Translations under genes and position numbers: made by a program
Assembly: GCA_934621605.1 (NCBI GenBank)
Contig: CAKTUZ010000017.1
Span: forward strand, 1,572 to 65,571
Source of the DNA: an uncultured bacterium
GTDB taxonomy: Bacteria > Vulcanimicrobiota > Xenobia > Xenobiales > Xenobiaceae
Length of the DNA: 64,000 nucleotides
Reading direction: 5' to 3'
Part shown: one piece after another, positions 20,271 through 30,764 of the stretch
Numbering within the stretch: position 1 is the stretch's first letter
Layout: each line of letters opens with the position of its first letter
Notes under the pieces: generated by a model
Told to the model about the DNA's origin: nothing
What the model saw: only the letters and a program-made list of their open reading frames with translations
The model's database searches: none

Positions 20271-21839
20271 GTGACCTCAGAAAGCGTTTACCTGAAAGTG
20301 CATGCTGTCGTTGCCACAGTTCTGCAAGAACTGGCTCTACGCAGCGTAGCCTGGCGCGGTACCGGCGGCAAAGCTTATTATCAGACCAACCTTAATCACA
20401 GTCGAAGTTTGGCTGCTTTGGCTTCTCTAGCTGATGATGATGTGTCTTTATGCCATTTAGCTGCAGGTTGGTACAGAGCTCATGCCGTCATGCCCCAAGA
20501 AATATCCATGACGCAAAGTCAGCCTTTGATAATTATTTGCCACGATCTTTCCCCTAAACTACTAGATACTTTAGAAAAGTTGCAGCAAAGTCGTTTAGAA
20601 ATCATAATCCTTTTTTTGGATTACTTCGAACGTTATATAAAAAAATATCCCGGCAAAGGCAGTGAGTCATGCTTCTACACTTATCCAGGAGTTTTTGCTA
20701 CAGCTCGAGGCTTACTGTACGCTCCTCCCGTCGATTGCGACAACTTTAACGGACTGAGTAGGGCTTTACTTTCGTTGGCATCCCAAAAAGGAGTAAAGAT
20801 TTTACATATCTTAGGCTTGGAGCAGCCATCTGACGCCGAGGCCACCAGCCAAGTTACTCTCAGTCCTATAACATCTGTATCTGAGAAAGCCAACAAAAGC
20901 GACACCGCAAAAGTAAACTCAGATTTAGCTCCTACTTTTGAGGAAGTGGCTCTAAAATATATTGCTGCCGACTTAAAAGAACAGAATTTAGTATCTTGCC
21001 TATGGACTTGTCGCAAAGATCCGGGCCCTTTCAGAGCGTTATGCGGTAGACTACAGCTCGCTTCCACGGACGGAGTGATATTACAAGCTATAGGTATAGC
21101 CGTTTGCGGGATCCATCCTTTAATAGTTATTTCAGCCACCGATCTTCCCAAAGTGCTCAACGAACTTTTTAATACATCTTCTTTTCCTATCACGATGTTA
21201 CTGGTCGACGCCGGTTTAGTTAGTAATCAGGAAAAACCGCTTTCCATTGCCAATTTTCACGATTTGGCTATGCTGCGTAATTTTGAAAATATCCATATCG
21301 GCGTACCCAGCGATGAGGAAGAGGTCCGCAGTATGTTGCTGACCTTATTATCCGGCCCCGAACCCGGTTTGCTGCGCCTAAGCAGTTCCTCTGCGGTCGG
21401 TCTACCCAAGGCCGATAAAGTTATGCCCAAAGAGAGGTTGTGCGGCCGCTGTTTAATTGAAGGCTCTGATTTAGCCTTTGTCTGTTTGGGCAGTGTAGCC
21501 TATCATGCTATTTTGGCAGCTCATAATTTAAAAACTTGGGGTTTTAAAGCGGCCGTTTACGATATGGCTTGGTTAAATCCATTCGATACAACTCTATTGC
21601 AAGAAGCAATTCAAATAGGAAGAATAATTACAGTCGAAGAGCACTCGGATATTGGCGGTTTGGCTTCGGTTGTATCTGAATATTTGGCCCAAAATGATTT
21701 GGAAGATCATGTGCAATTGCGCACTGTGGGCCTCAAACATACTACTTACAGCCCTAATTTAGAAGAGCACGGCCTTTCCATGGAAGCTCTTACTCAACAG
21801 GCAAAGATGATTTTGGGCTTTCGAGAAGATGAGATCTAA
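20271..21839 (+). CDS. Dxs/transketolase-like protein, degenerate (pyrimidine-binding and C-terminal domains recognisable; TPP-binding N-domain and catalytic residues not conserved)
   Basis: The C-terminal ~230 aa align with the Dxs Transket_pyr and Transketolase_C domains (PSDEEEVRSMLL vs PSDENEC..ML; ...GSDLAFVCLGS...NPFD). The N-terminal 300 aa lack GDG/TPP motifs. Sits in the conserved ispA-dxs position. Confidence 0.5.
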   Translation: MTSESVYLKVHAVVATVLQELALRSVAWRGTGGKAYYQTNLNHSRSLAALASLADDDVSLCHLAAGWYRAHAVMPQEISMTQSQPLIIICHDLSPKLLDTLEKLQQSRLEIIILFLDYFERYIKKYPGKGSESCFYTYPGVFATARGLLYAPPVDCDNFNGLSRALLSLASQKGVKILHILGLEQPSDAEATSQVTLSPITSVSEKANKSDTAKVNSDLAPTFEEVALKYIAADLKEQNLVSCLWTCRKDPGPFRALCGRLQLASTDGVILQAIGIAVCGIHPLIVISATDLPKVLNELFNTSSFPITMLLVDAGLVSNQEKPLSIANFHDLAMLRNFENIHIGVPSDEEEVRSMLLTLLSGPEPGLLRLSSSSAVGLPKADKVMPKERLCGRCLIEGSDLAFVCLGSVAYHAILAAHNLKTWGFKAAVYDMAWLNPFDTTLLQEAIQIGRIITVEEHSDIGGLASVVSEYLAQNDLEDHVQLRTVGLKHTTYSPNLEEHGLSMEALTQQAKMILGFREDEI

Positions 21840-21914
21840 AAAAGGCACTCACTCCCTACAAGCGTAAGGATAAGTGCCTTTTCTAACGCATCGGTAGCAG
21901 AATTTAAGTTATTG

Positions 21915-22409
21915 CTAAATTCCGCCATTAAAGCTGCTCCAGAATAAATGGGTTATGGCTATTGCCACTGCATCGGCAGTATCATCTGGAGTGGGAGGCT
22001 TTTCCAATCCCAAAGTAAGCACAACCGCCGCTCCAATATCCTTTTTTTTAGCTTTGCCATCACCAGTCATCGTCTCTTTTATTTCCGACGGTGCATACTC
22101 AAAGACAGGCACTCCCGCCTCTTGCGCAGCTAAAAGGATAACTCCTCTGGCCTCGGCCACAGCCATACCGCTGGTAATATTACGATTGAAAAACAACTTT
22201 TCTATGGCCAGTTGCTCAGGCTGATACTTAGTCAAGACCGCTTTTATTCCAGTATATACAGCCGCTAAACGCTCACCGGCGATTTTGTCTTTGCCTGTTT
22301 CGATACAACCACAATCCAACATGGAAAGCTGTCCATCATCGGAGACAAATACTATCCCCCAACCGCAGCGAGCGTTACCGGGATCGATACCTAAAACAAG
22401 TTGAGACAA
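21915..22409 (-). CDS. ruvC: crossover junction endodeoxyribonuclease RuvC
   Basis: LGIDPGNARCGWGIV N-terminal motif. RNase H-like fold length. Confidence 0.85.
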   Translation of the reverse strand: MSQLVLGIDPGNARCGWGIVFVSDDGQLSMLDCGCIETGKDKIAGERLAAVYTGIKAVLTKYQPEQLAIEKLFFNRNITSGMAVAEARGVILLAAQEAGVPVFEYAPSEIKETMTGDGKAKKKDIGAAVVLTLGLEKPPTPDDTADAVAIAITHLFWSSFNGGI

Positions 22410-22411
22410 AA

Positions 22412-23152
22412 CTAGTCTTCCATAGCCTCATCAGGAATATCGGCATTGGAATAGACATTCTGTACATCATCAAAATCTTCCAATGTTTCAATTAAACGTA
22501 CTACGCCTCTAGCCTGTTCTACGCTCAACTCCACAGTATCTTTAGCTACCTGAGAGAAGCTGGCATCTTCGATAGTGTAACCGGCAGCTTCTAAAGCGTC
22601 TTTAACTATATGAAGTTTGTTGGGCTCGGTAAGTACGTTAAAATATTCTTCATCGGAATTCATATCTTCGGCGCCAGCGTCAAGAGCAGCCATAAGAAGC
22701 TCTTCTTCATCTACACCTTCGGCGGGAATTTGCAATACACCATAACGGGTGAAGTTCCAACTTACACAACCAGTTTCGCCTAAGTTTCCGCCTAACTTGG
22801 AGAAAGTAGAACGCACGTCGGCGGCAGTACGGTTGCGGTTATTGGTAGCAGCTTCTACTATAATAGCCACACCATGAGGACCGTAACCTTCATAGCTGAC
22901 TTCTACATAATCTTCACCATCACCAGAACCGCTAGCTTTTTCGATAACGCGCTTAATATTGTCAGCAGGCATATTGACAGCACGAGCTCTTTGAATGGCG
23001 ATCTTTAAAATAAAGTTGGTTTCAGGGTCCGGTCCACCTTTACGAACAGCCATATAAATATCTTTAGAAAGCTTAGTAAACAGTTTGCCGCGCTGAGCGT
23101 CAACTTTACCTTTTTTCAAACGAATGTTATGCCATTTTGAGTGACCAGACAC
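22412..23152 (-). CDS. yebC: YebC/PmpR family DNA-binding transcriptional regulator
   Basis: SGHSKWHNIRLKKGKVDAQRGKLFTKL hallmark. The start is set to the GTG preceded by GGAGG (atGGAGGttcctGTG) instead of the ORF-track ATG 4 codons upstream. Confidence 0.85.
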   Translation of the reverse strand: MSGHSKWHNIRLKKGKVDAQRGKLFTKLSKDIYMAVRKGGPDPETNFILKIAIQRARAVNMPADNIKRVIEKASGSGDGEDYVEVSYEGYGPHGVAIIVEAATNNRNRTAADVRSTFSKLGGNLGETGCVSWNFTRYGVLQIPAEGVDEEELLMAALDAGAEDMNSDEEYFNVLTEPNKLHIVKDALEAAGYTIEDASFSQVAKDTVELSVEQARGVVRLIETLEDFDDVQNVYSNADIPDEAMED

Positions 23153-23308
23153 AGGAACCTCCAAATTTATCGCCTTTGCAGACGAACAAGAATGCGGATG
23201 ACTCCGCCGGTTAAACCGACCTACCTAACTAAGTTCTTCAGTTTACCGGACAAAAACCCCAGGTGAGAAGATCGGCTCAACCGAATAGAACTAATTTCTT
23301 AACAAAAA

Positions 23309-24667
23309 TTAAGGATGGATACGACTCATAGTGCGAGCATAAGGAATAGCCTCGCGCACATGCTCAATACCGCAAATCCAAGCTACAGCCCTTTCAACAC
23401 CTAAGCCGAAACCAGAGTGAGGCACCGAACCGTAACGGCGCAAGTCTAAGTACCACTGATAAGCTTCCAAAGGCAAACCGTTCTCTTTAATACGAGCTTC
23501 TAAAAGATTGAAGTCGTCGATTCTCTGACTGCCGCCGACGATTTCACCATAACCTTCAGGAGCTAAAGTATCAACACTGCGGCAGACTTCAGGACGTCCG
23601 GGCTCAGGTTTCATATAGAAAGCTTTGCAACTGCAAGGATAGTGGTGTACAAAGACGGGCTTATCGTAACGCTGACCGATAATAGTCTCGTCAGGAGCAC
23701 CGAAATCATCGCCCCACTTAAAGTCTACGCCCTGGCTTTGCAAATACTCCACAGCCTCATCGTAGGATAAACGCGGGAATGGAGCCTTAATAGCTTCCAA
23801 CTTACTTAAATCACGCTCCAAAATCTTAAGCTCAGGCAAACGATTGCGCAAAACACTGGCTACTACGTAGCTAATCATTTGTTCTTGCACTTCCATGCTC
23901 TGATCCAAGTCGGTGAAAGCCATTTCCGGCTCGACCATCCAGAATTCAGTAAGGTGGCGGCGAGTCTTGGATTTCTCGGCACGGAAAGTAGGACCAAAGC
24001 AATAAACCTTGCCAAAGGCCATAGCCGCAGCCTCTCCATAAAGCTGACCGCTCTGAGTAAGATAAGCTTTAGTATCGAAATAATCTGTTTCGAAGAGAGT
24101 CGAAGTACCTTCGCAAGCGCTGGGAGTTAAGATAGGACTATCAACACGCAAGAAACCGTTATTATCTAACCACTCGCAAATCGAGCGCATAATCTCAGCA
24201 CGAATGCGTAAAATGGCATGTTGACGAGAAGAACGGATCCAAAGATGACGATGATCCATTAAGAATTCAGTACCGTGCTCTTTAGGAGTAATAGGATAAT
24301 CGACAGAAGCGGAGATAAGACGCACATTGAAAGCCTGAATTTCGTAACCGCAGGCCGAGCGTTTATCCTCACGAACTACGCCGACAATTTCGAAGGAAGA
24401 TTCTTGAGTTAAACTCTTAGCGACCTGGAATTCTTCAGGAGAGCACTCCGACTTAACAACTACCACTTGAATGGTGGCCGTACCGTCACGCATTTGCAAG
24501 AAAAGAATCTTGCCGCTAGAACGCAACTTACGTAACCACCCCTTAATAACGACCTTTTGACCGACATATTTACCGATATTTTCTAAGGTAACATAAGGGT
24601 AATTCCAATCGCCTTGACACTCGTTCTGGACGGTGCCTCCACTTATAACTTGCTCTTCCATATCCAA
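23309..24667 (-). CDS. asnS: asparagine--tRNA ligase
   Basis: Class IIb motifs: [24 protein letters not shown] and C-terminal [12 protein letters not shown]-terminal OB anticodon-binding domain. Confidence 0.8.
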   Translation of the reverse strand: MDMEEQVISGGTVQNECQGDWNYPYVTLENIGKYVGQKVVIKGWLRKLRSSGKILFLQMRDGTATIQVVVVKSECSPEEFQVAKSLTQESSFEIVGVVREDKRSACGYEIQAFNVRLISASVDYPITPKEHGTEFLMDHRHLWIRSSRQHAILRIRAEIMRSICEWLDNNGFLRVDSPILTPSACEGTSTLFETDYFDTKAYLTQSGQLYGEAAAMAFGKVYCFGPTFRAEKSKTRRHLTEFWMVEPEMAFTDLDQSMEVQEQMISYVVASVLRNRLPELKILERDLSKLEAIKAPFPRLSYDEAVEYLQSQGVDFKWGDDFGAPDETIIGQRYDKPVFVHHYPCSCKAFYMKPEPGRPEVCRSVDTLAPEGYGEIVGGSQRIDDFNLLEARIKENGLPLEAYQWYLDLRRYGSVPHSGFGLGVERAVAWICGIEHVREAIPYARTMSRIHP

Positions 24668-24816
24668 CCTCCGAAGGAGAACTTTTTACGCGACTCGGCT
24701 TAGGCCCTTCTGCCCCCGGCGTAATTAGACCGAATTGCAAAAGTTCTGAATACAACGAATCGCATCATTAAGATTTTTGTGCAAAAGCCAAATTTATCTG
24801 CACTCGGAACTGCCCG

Positions 24817-27219
24817 CTATTCTGCTGGAGCTTCAGCAGAACCTCCAGCCGCTTCTGAAGCTCCTCCTACGGGAACAGCTTGCGGCTCCGGAGGAACAGC
24901 TGCAGGCGCCTCGGCAGCCGGAGCACTTACTGGCGGCGGAGCAGCCGTGTCAGGAGCATACACCGTATCGGGAACAGGTATATTTTCCGGCGTCAAATCA
25001 GGAGTTACCGACTCAGAATGTTCCAAAGAAGTGTCCGGCGTCACTTCACTCCAAGTTTGGGGAGCATCAGCAGGTATAGGTGTAGGTTCAACTTCGGTCC
25101 GAGACGGAGCACTACTCTGCACCTCTTTTTTAGTACCATAGCCATCATCTTTAGGAGCGGCAATACTAAGTACCGAAGTTCCCCCACCGTGAACAGGACA
25201 GAACTTAGTGGGCACTTCGCCAGGACGGAAATACTCCTTATAAGTATTCATGCACTTGGCACCGGCACGACACTTTGACTCGCTGCACATAAGCACAGAT
25301 ACCAAACCGGACTTAGGCTTTTCAAATTGCTTATTGGGAAGATCTTTTACGGCATAGCTCATAATAGCTTTCCAAATAGGAGCAGCTACATCACCTCCAT
25401 AACCGTACCACATAGAAGAACAGTCATCATTACCTGTCCAAACGGCACAAGTATATTGAGGAGTGAAACCTACAAACCAACCATCACGATAATTGTCAGT
25501 AGTACCAGTTTTACCTCCGACAGCACGTCCGGGAATTTGAGCTGCATACCCGGTACCGCCTTCGACGGCACTTTGCAACATAGAACACATAGTATAGGCA
25601 GTAGACTCAGAGAGAACTTCCTCTTGACGAGGGAAAGTATTGTCTTCAATTACATTGCCGTTATTGTCATAAATTAACTTGATACCGCTAGGTTGAACTT
25701 TAATACCCCCGTTGGGGAAGCAAGTAAAAGCACAAGCCATTTCCAAAGGCGTTACCACAGCCGACCCCAAGGCCAAAGAAAGGTTCGGCTCTAAACGTTC
25801 TTTAATGCCCATACGATAAGCATATTCAATGACTCGCTCAGGACCAACCATAGTCAGCAACTTTACGGCTGCCACGTTACGCGATCCCATAAGAGCACGC
25901 AACATGGGAATATTACCCAAGAACTTACCGTCGGAATTTTTGGGAGACCAAGTCTCGGTATCGCTAATTTTATAGGTAGTCGGACTATCGGAAATAATAG
26001 TATCGGGGCCATAACCAGATTCTACAGCTGTGGTATAGACAAATACTTTAAAACAGGAACCGGGCTGGCGTCGAGCCTGCCAAGCGCGATTAAACTGGTT
26101 GTTTTTACTCCAACCACCACCACCTACCATAGCGCGGATATAACCAGTAGAGTTTTCCAAAACTACGGCAGCCGCCGTACTGGCGTTGTACCACTCTTTA
26201 TTTTTAGCGATCTTCTCAGTCACAATCTTCTCAGCTTTTTCCTGAAGTTTAAGATCGACAGTGGTATAAATTTTCAAACCGCCGCGATAGAGCATATCCT
26301 CACTATAACGGCTGTTGAGCTCTTTCAAGACGTAAGTAGTAAAATAAGGAACCTTAAGTACCTGAAACTCGGTACGTCCCTTATTGGCATACTTTATACC
26401 CTTACGCAAAGTATTAACCGCTTCGCGATACTGCTTCTGAGTAATCATATCCAATTGGCGCATACGACCCAAAACTTCTAAGGCACGCGAAGTGGCAGCA
26501 CGTTCGTCCACCAAAGGAGAATAATAGCTGGGCGAAGCAGGCAATCCAGCAATAATAGCCGCTTGTACCGGAGTAAGTTTATCAGGAGTAGTTAAAAAAT
26601 AGACATTGGCAGCAGCGTGGACGCCGTAAGCACCGGCGCCCAAGTAAACATGATTAAGGTAAAGCTCCAGAATTTCATCCTTGCTGAAGCTTTTTTCAAT
26701 TTGTAAGGCCAAAAGAGCTTCGCGGATCTTGCGATGGAAACTCAAGTCATCATTAAGGAAGAAGGCACGAGCCAATTGCATGGTAATAGTGGAAGCGCCC
26801 TGATGAACCTGACCGCCGGAGCGGTAAAGATCGACGGCAGCACGCATTACACCAACAGGATCCACGCCGTGGTGTTCGTAAAAGCGCGAGTCTTCAATAG
26901 CTAAAATAGCATTGCGCATATTGGGCGAGATCTTTTTCAAGGGAACCCAAGTGCGATTCTCTCGGAAAAGCGTAGCAATAACTTGACCGTCGGAAGAATA
27001 TATGCGCGTAGTTTCAGCTGGATCGTATTGATGCAACTTACTGACGTCGGGCAATCCCTTAGCATAGTTGTTGATAATAACGTAACCGGCTACACCTGCA
27101 GCCAAAATTATCAACAGGACAGAGAAACTAACCCAATAGAGAATCTTACCTAAACGAGCCAAACATCCAAAGTTACTCTTAGGCTTTTGGGGGGAAGCGC
27201 CGTTCTCGCCTTTACTCAT
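24817..27219 (-). CDS. class A penicillin-binding protein (PBP1A-type transglycosylase/transpeptidase) with P/A/E-rich C-terminal tail
   Basis: GT51 motifs (AILAIEDSRFYEHHGVD, RQ..GGSTITMQ), transpeptidase SxxK/SxN/KTG-like (GGKTGTT), N-terminal TM. Confidence 0.85.
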   Translation of the reverse strand: MSKGENGASPQKPKSNFGCLARLGKILYWVSFSVLLIILAAGVAGYVIINNYAKGLPDVSKLHQYDPAETTRIYSSDGQVIATLFRENRTWVPLKKISPNMRNAILAIEDSRFYEHHGVDPVGVMRAAVDLYRSGGQVHQGASTITMQLARAFFLNDDLSFHRKIREALLALQIEKSFSKDEILELYLNHVYLGAGAYGVHAAANVYFLTTPDKLTPVQAAIIAGLPASPSYYSPLVDERAATSRALEVLGRMRQLDMITQKQYREAVNTLRKGIKYANKGRTEFQVLKVPYFTTYVLKELNSRYSEDMLYRGGLKIYTTVDLKLQEKAEKIVTEKIAKNKEWYNASTAAAVVLENSTGYIRAMVGGGGWSKNNQFNRAWQARRQPGSCFKVFVYTTAVESGYGPDTIISDSPTTYKISDTETWSPKNSDGKFLGNIPMLRALMGSRNVAAVKLLTMVGPERVIEYAYRMGIKERLEPNLSLALGSAVVTPLEMACAFTCFPNGGIKVQPSGIKLIYDNNGNVIEDNTFPRQEEVLSESTAYTMCSMLQSAVEGGTGYAAQIPGRAVGGKTGTTDNYRDGWFVGFTPQYTCAVWTGNDDCSSMWYGYGGDVAAPIWKAIMSYAVKDLPNKQFEKPKSGLVSVLMCSESKCRAGAKCMNTYKEYFRPGEVPTKFCPVHGGGTSVLSIAAPKDDGYGTKKEVQSSAPSRTEVEPTPIPADAPQTWSEVTPDTSLEHSESVTPDLTPENIPVPDTVYAPDTAAPPPVSAPAAEAPAAVPPEPQAVPVGGASEAAGGSAEAPAE

Positions 27220-27322
27220 ATCAGAATTTACTTACCTATTACTAAAAAAATTGACAGCTAAAGCGGTCTGCGACTCTAAGCAATGTCCGAAGAGAGAATT
27301 TTCGACCCGAAGGACGGTTCCT

Positions 27323-28015
27323 CTACGCTTCTTGCTGAGCCTCTTTGTGAGTTTCCTCAATTTCGGGTGCTTCTTCTTCGGTCGATTCAACCTTTTTACC
27401 GCGGTTTTTATCCTTACTCACTTCACTTAAAACACCGAAAACAAAGTTTTTGGAACGCTCGGTAGAATACTCCTCGGAAAGATCAGAGCAACAATTGATA
27501 ATAGCTTTTTCGGAAATATTGCGAGCAGCTTCCTCATCAAACAAAAGACCGAAAATACCGATACGCAATAAATTACGCTCAACAACAGCCAAACGTTCTA
27601 CTTGCCAATTGCAAGTAATATGCTTTTGCAAAAGGGTATCAATTTCGACCAAATGGCGATTGACACCATCAAAAATGCGAGCGGTGAGATCTTTTATATA
27701 GCGATCTGATTCATAATAAAGAACATCGGAAAGAACAAGGTGGCGCACTTGAGAGCTTCCCTCACCGTCGGGCACAAAATCGGTGAAATTAAGCTCGCGC
27801 TGATAAAGAGCTTGCATAGCAAAAATAACAGCACGCTTAACGGGATCGGATAATTCATTGCGATAACGAACAGCGTCATCTGCCCAAACCGATGAAGTAA
27901 AGCCGCCCTCCTTCTCATACTCGTCACGCATTTTAGAGGCTTCGATGTATTCTTCTCCCAATCTGCTGCGACCAACAAGTCTAACATTACTCATGATAAT
28001 ATTTACCAATCCCAA
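27323..28015 (-). CDS. nusB: transcription antitermination factor NusB (with N-terminal extension and K/E-rich C-tail)
   Basis: R.AIFAMQALYQ ... WQVERLAVVERNLLRIGIFGLLF ... FVFGVLSEV matches the NusB helices. Confidence 0.65.
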   Translation of the reverse strand: MGLVNIIMSNVRLVGRSRLGEEYIEASKMRDEYEKEGGFTSSVWADDAVRYRNELSDPVKRAVIFAMQALYQRELNFTDFVPDGEGSSQVRHLVLSDVLYYESDRYIKDLTARIFDGVNRHLVEIDTLLQKHITCNWQVERLAVVERNLLRIGIFGLLFDEEAARNISEKAIINCCSDLSEEYSTERSKNFVFGVLSEVSKDKNRGKKVESTEEEAPEIEETHKEAQQEA

Positions 28016-28068
28016 ACATCAGATTAATATACTTCACCGAACCGAATTTGTTGAGGGGAAGACTAAGC

Positions 28069-29004
28069 TCAAAGCTGCCAACGTCCGCACACAACTCTGT
28101 CCAGATTATTCAAATCTTGTAAGACTTTTATATTTTCAAAACCAACCGCTTGCATAAGCGAGCTTACCGCTTCGCCCTGCGTACAGCCTATTTCCAAAGC
28201 CAAACCGCCACCGGGCTCCAAATATTGAGGCGCCCGACCGACCAGCTTTTTAATTAAATCCAAACCGTCTCGACCGCTAAAAAGTGCCAAATCAGGCTCA
28301 TACTTAGCCACATCTTTATCAGCAGCAGGCCCTTCCAACGTACCGATATAAGGTGGATTAGCCGAAATAAAGTTAAAACGACCTTTAATTTCGGCAAAAA
28401 GATCACCACCATACCATTTGATGTCATTCGCCAGGCCCAGCTTGTCTCTGTTTGCCGAAAAATAAGGGAAAGTTTCAGCCGAAAGATCTTGGGCCTCAGC
28501 TTTAATTTCGGGACGCATAGCTTTTATGGCCAAAATGACGCAACCGCTACCGGTGCAAAGATCCAACACCCTGGGTTGCACTCGTTTAATGCCTACACTA
28601 CCGCCGACGCTTTGACAATTTACGACTTTACTTTCATCTATCCAGCCTAAAATCGTATCTACTAAAAGCTCGGTCTCGGGCCGAGGTATCAATACTCCAG
28701 GACCGACCTTAAAAGTAAAGCCATAAAAGCCGCGCTCTTGTAAAATATAAGCCGTAGGCTCGCCGCGAAAACGCCTCAGCAGCCCCTCTTTTACTTTTTT
28801 GGCAATCTCCTCGGTCAGCGTCTGTTCCGCCTGAGTAAAAAGCTGAACTTCCGTCAAACCAGCCAAGCCTTGCACAACGATCTCCGATTCACGGCGAGCT
28901 TCACTGCCGCTAAAAGATCCGCTGCTTTTAAGCAGAGCCTGCCCCCAACGCAAAACACTTTGGAGAATGGGCGGCCTAGGAAAATTGTCTTTAATTTCTG
29001 GCAC
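28069..29004 (-). CDS. prmC: release factor glutamine N5-methyltransferase PrmC (HemK)
   Basis: FISANPPYIG (NPPY) and SAM-binding DLCTGSGCV. Located next to prfA. Confidence 0.85.
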   Translation of the reverse strand: MPEIKDNFPRPPILQSVLRWGQALLKSSGSFSGSEARRESEIVVQGLAGLTEVQLFTQAEQTLTEEIAKKVKEGLLRRFRGEPTAYILQERGFYGFTFKVGPGVLIPRPETELLVDTILGWIDESKVVNCQSVGGSVGIKRVQPRVLDLCTGSGCVILAIKAMRPEIKAEAQDLSAETFPYFSANRDKLGLANDIKWYGGDLFAEIKGRFNFISANPPYIGTLEGPAADKDVAKYEPDLALFSGRDGLDLIKKLVGRAPQYLEPGGGLALEIGCTQGEAVSSLMQAVGFENIKVLQDLNNLDRVVCGRWQL

Positions 29005-29066
29005 TCCCCTAAACCTCTGCTCAATTTTATCGTGACAGTAAAAGCAAATCCCCCTCTGACAAAAAG

Positions 29067-30149
29067 CTAGTCTTGACCCAATTTATCCATCAACTCTTTT
29101 TGTTCATTTTCGCAAAGAGCCTTAACTATGTCTTCTAAATCGCCGCCCATAACAGCATTGATATTATGCACAGTAAAACCTATGCGATGATCGGTAACAC
29201 GGCTCTGCGGGAAATTATAAGTGCGGATCTTTTCCGATCTGTCCCCCTGACCTACCTGAGAGCGGCGGTTAGAGGTAAGCTCGTCTTCAGCTTTTTGTCT
29301 TTCAATTTCCAACAAACGAGCTTGCAAAATGCGCATGGCCTTTTCGCGGTTTTGACGCTGAGAACGTTCGTCCTGACAAGTAACTACCAAACCAGTGGGC
29401 AAGTGGGTGATACGAATAGCCGATTCAGTCTTATTTACGTGCTGACCGCCAGCACCGGAAGAGCGATAAGTGTCGATACGCAAATCTTTTTCGTTGACAG
29501 GTACTTCATCTACACTGTCCACTTCCGGCAAAACTGCTACAGTGACAGTGGAAGTATGGATACGGCCGGAAGCTTCAGTAGCAGGCACGCGCTGAACGCG
29601 ATGAACACCGCTCTCAAACTTCATATGTTGATAAACATCATGACCGGTGATAGAGAAAGTAACTTCCTTCATGCCGCCCAAATCGGTATCTTGACGAGCC
29701 AAAACTTCAGTCTTCCAGCCCATACGGTCGGCGTAATATAAATACATGCGGAACAATTCCTGAGCGAATAAGGACGATTCTTCACCGCCGGCAGCAGGAC
29801 GAATTTCCACAATAACATCGCGTCCGGCATAAGGATCGCGAGGTAAAAGCAAGCGAGTAAGTTCATCTTCCAGTTGAACGCGACGCTGCTCGAGTTCCTC
29901 AATTTCACTGCGGTAAAGATCGCGCATCTCCGGATCGCTCTCGCTAGTTAAAGCATGACGACTCTCATTGATATGCTCGACTACATTGCCTAAATCCCTA
30001 GAACGTAAAGCCACCTCTTCGATAGACTTGCGCTCTTTAGAAAGCTTCTGATACTCGGCAGGATTGCTCAATACCTCGGGATTGCACAAACTGTGTTCGA
30101 GCTCTTCAAAGCGACGCTCCATTTCCTTAAGTTTGGATAAATCGAGCAT
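29067..30149 (-). CDS. prfA: peptide chain release factor 1
   Basis: [20 protein letters not shown] (GGQ motif region) and the RF1 PxT-type domain. Confidence 0.9.
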   Translation of the reverse strand: MLDLSKLKEMERRFEELEHSLCNPEVLSNPAEYQKLSKERKSIEEVALRSRDLGNVVEHINESRHALTSESDPEMRDLYRSEIEELEQRRVQLEDELTRLLLPRDPYAGRDVIVEIRPAAGGEESSLFAQELFRMYLYYADRMGWKTEVLARQDTDLGGMKEVTFSITGHDVYQHMKFESGVHRVQRVPATEASGRIHTSTVTVAVLPEVDSVDEVPVNEKDLRIDTYRSSGAGGQHVNKTESAIRITHLPTGLVVTCQDERSQRQNREKAMRILQARLLEIERQKAEDELTSNRRSQVGQGDRSEKIRTYNFPQSRVTDHRIGFTVHNINAVMGGDLEDIVKALCENEQKELMDKLGQD

Positions 30150-30305
30150 AATTCGTACCTCAAAAAAAAACTAAAAAACAACGAAATGCCCAGACAGAAC
30201 ATTCGCTGCATTTTCCCCCTAATAACGCAGAAAGCGTTCCCGAGGATACTTCTGACCCTAGAAACGCTACTCCGCAAAACCGGCCTAAAACCGGCCCTAT
30301 AGCAA

Positions 30306-30509
30306 CTAATCTTTAATTTTATAACGCTGACGGAACTTCTCTACCTGTCCCTCGCGAGCGACAGCACGCTTCTTACCGGTGTAGAAAGGATGGCAAGCGC
30401 TGCAAATTTCAACGCGCATGTCTTCCAAGGTAGCCAGGGTCTCAAAAGTGTTGCCGCAGGAACAACGAATGGTTGTTTTGTGCAACTTCGGATGAGTGTT
30501 TGCTTTCAC
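30306..30509 (-). CDS. rpmE: 50S ribosomal protein L31
   Basis: MKANTHPKL....C.CG..F......C..CHPFYTGK with zinc-ribbon cysteines. Confidence 0.9.
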   Translation of the reverse strand: MKANTHPKLHKTTIRCSCGNTFETLATLEDMRVEICSACHPFYTGKKRAVAREGQVEKFRQRYKIKD

Positions 30510-30764
30510 GTTTTTACCCTCTTTGTACCCTTAACACCGCGCCTTTTTGTCGGTTTCAGGGTTGCTAGATTTCTAGGTTTTTAATGAACCCAGCATGAAC
30601 GGCGCTAATTATATCATAAAGGCTATGAAAATGGAAGGCCCCTTACTGCACATTCCTTCGATTTACCCGTGTAAAAACTTTGCCTTATTCAAAAGGAGCA
30701 GGGAATTTGCTGACAGTTGAGCTAAAAACAAGCCCCATCTTCAATAGCCGAAAGTTTTGCTTCT

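Noticed and set aside
24779-25278. Plus-strand ORFs antisense to the PBP1A C-terminal region (A/G/P-rich translations)
   Set aside because: They are low-complexity antisense readings of the P/A/E-rich tail of the PBP gene and not independent genes.
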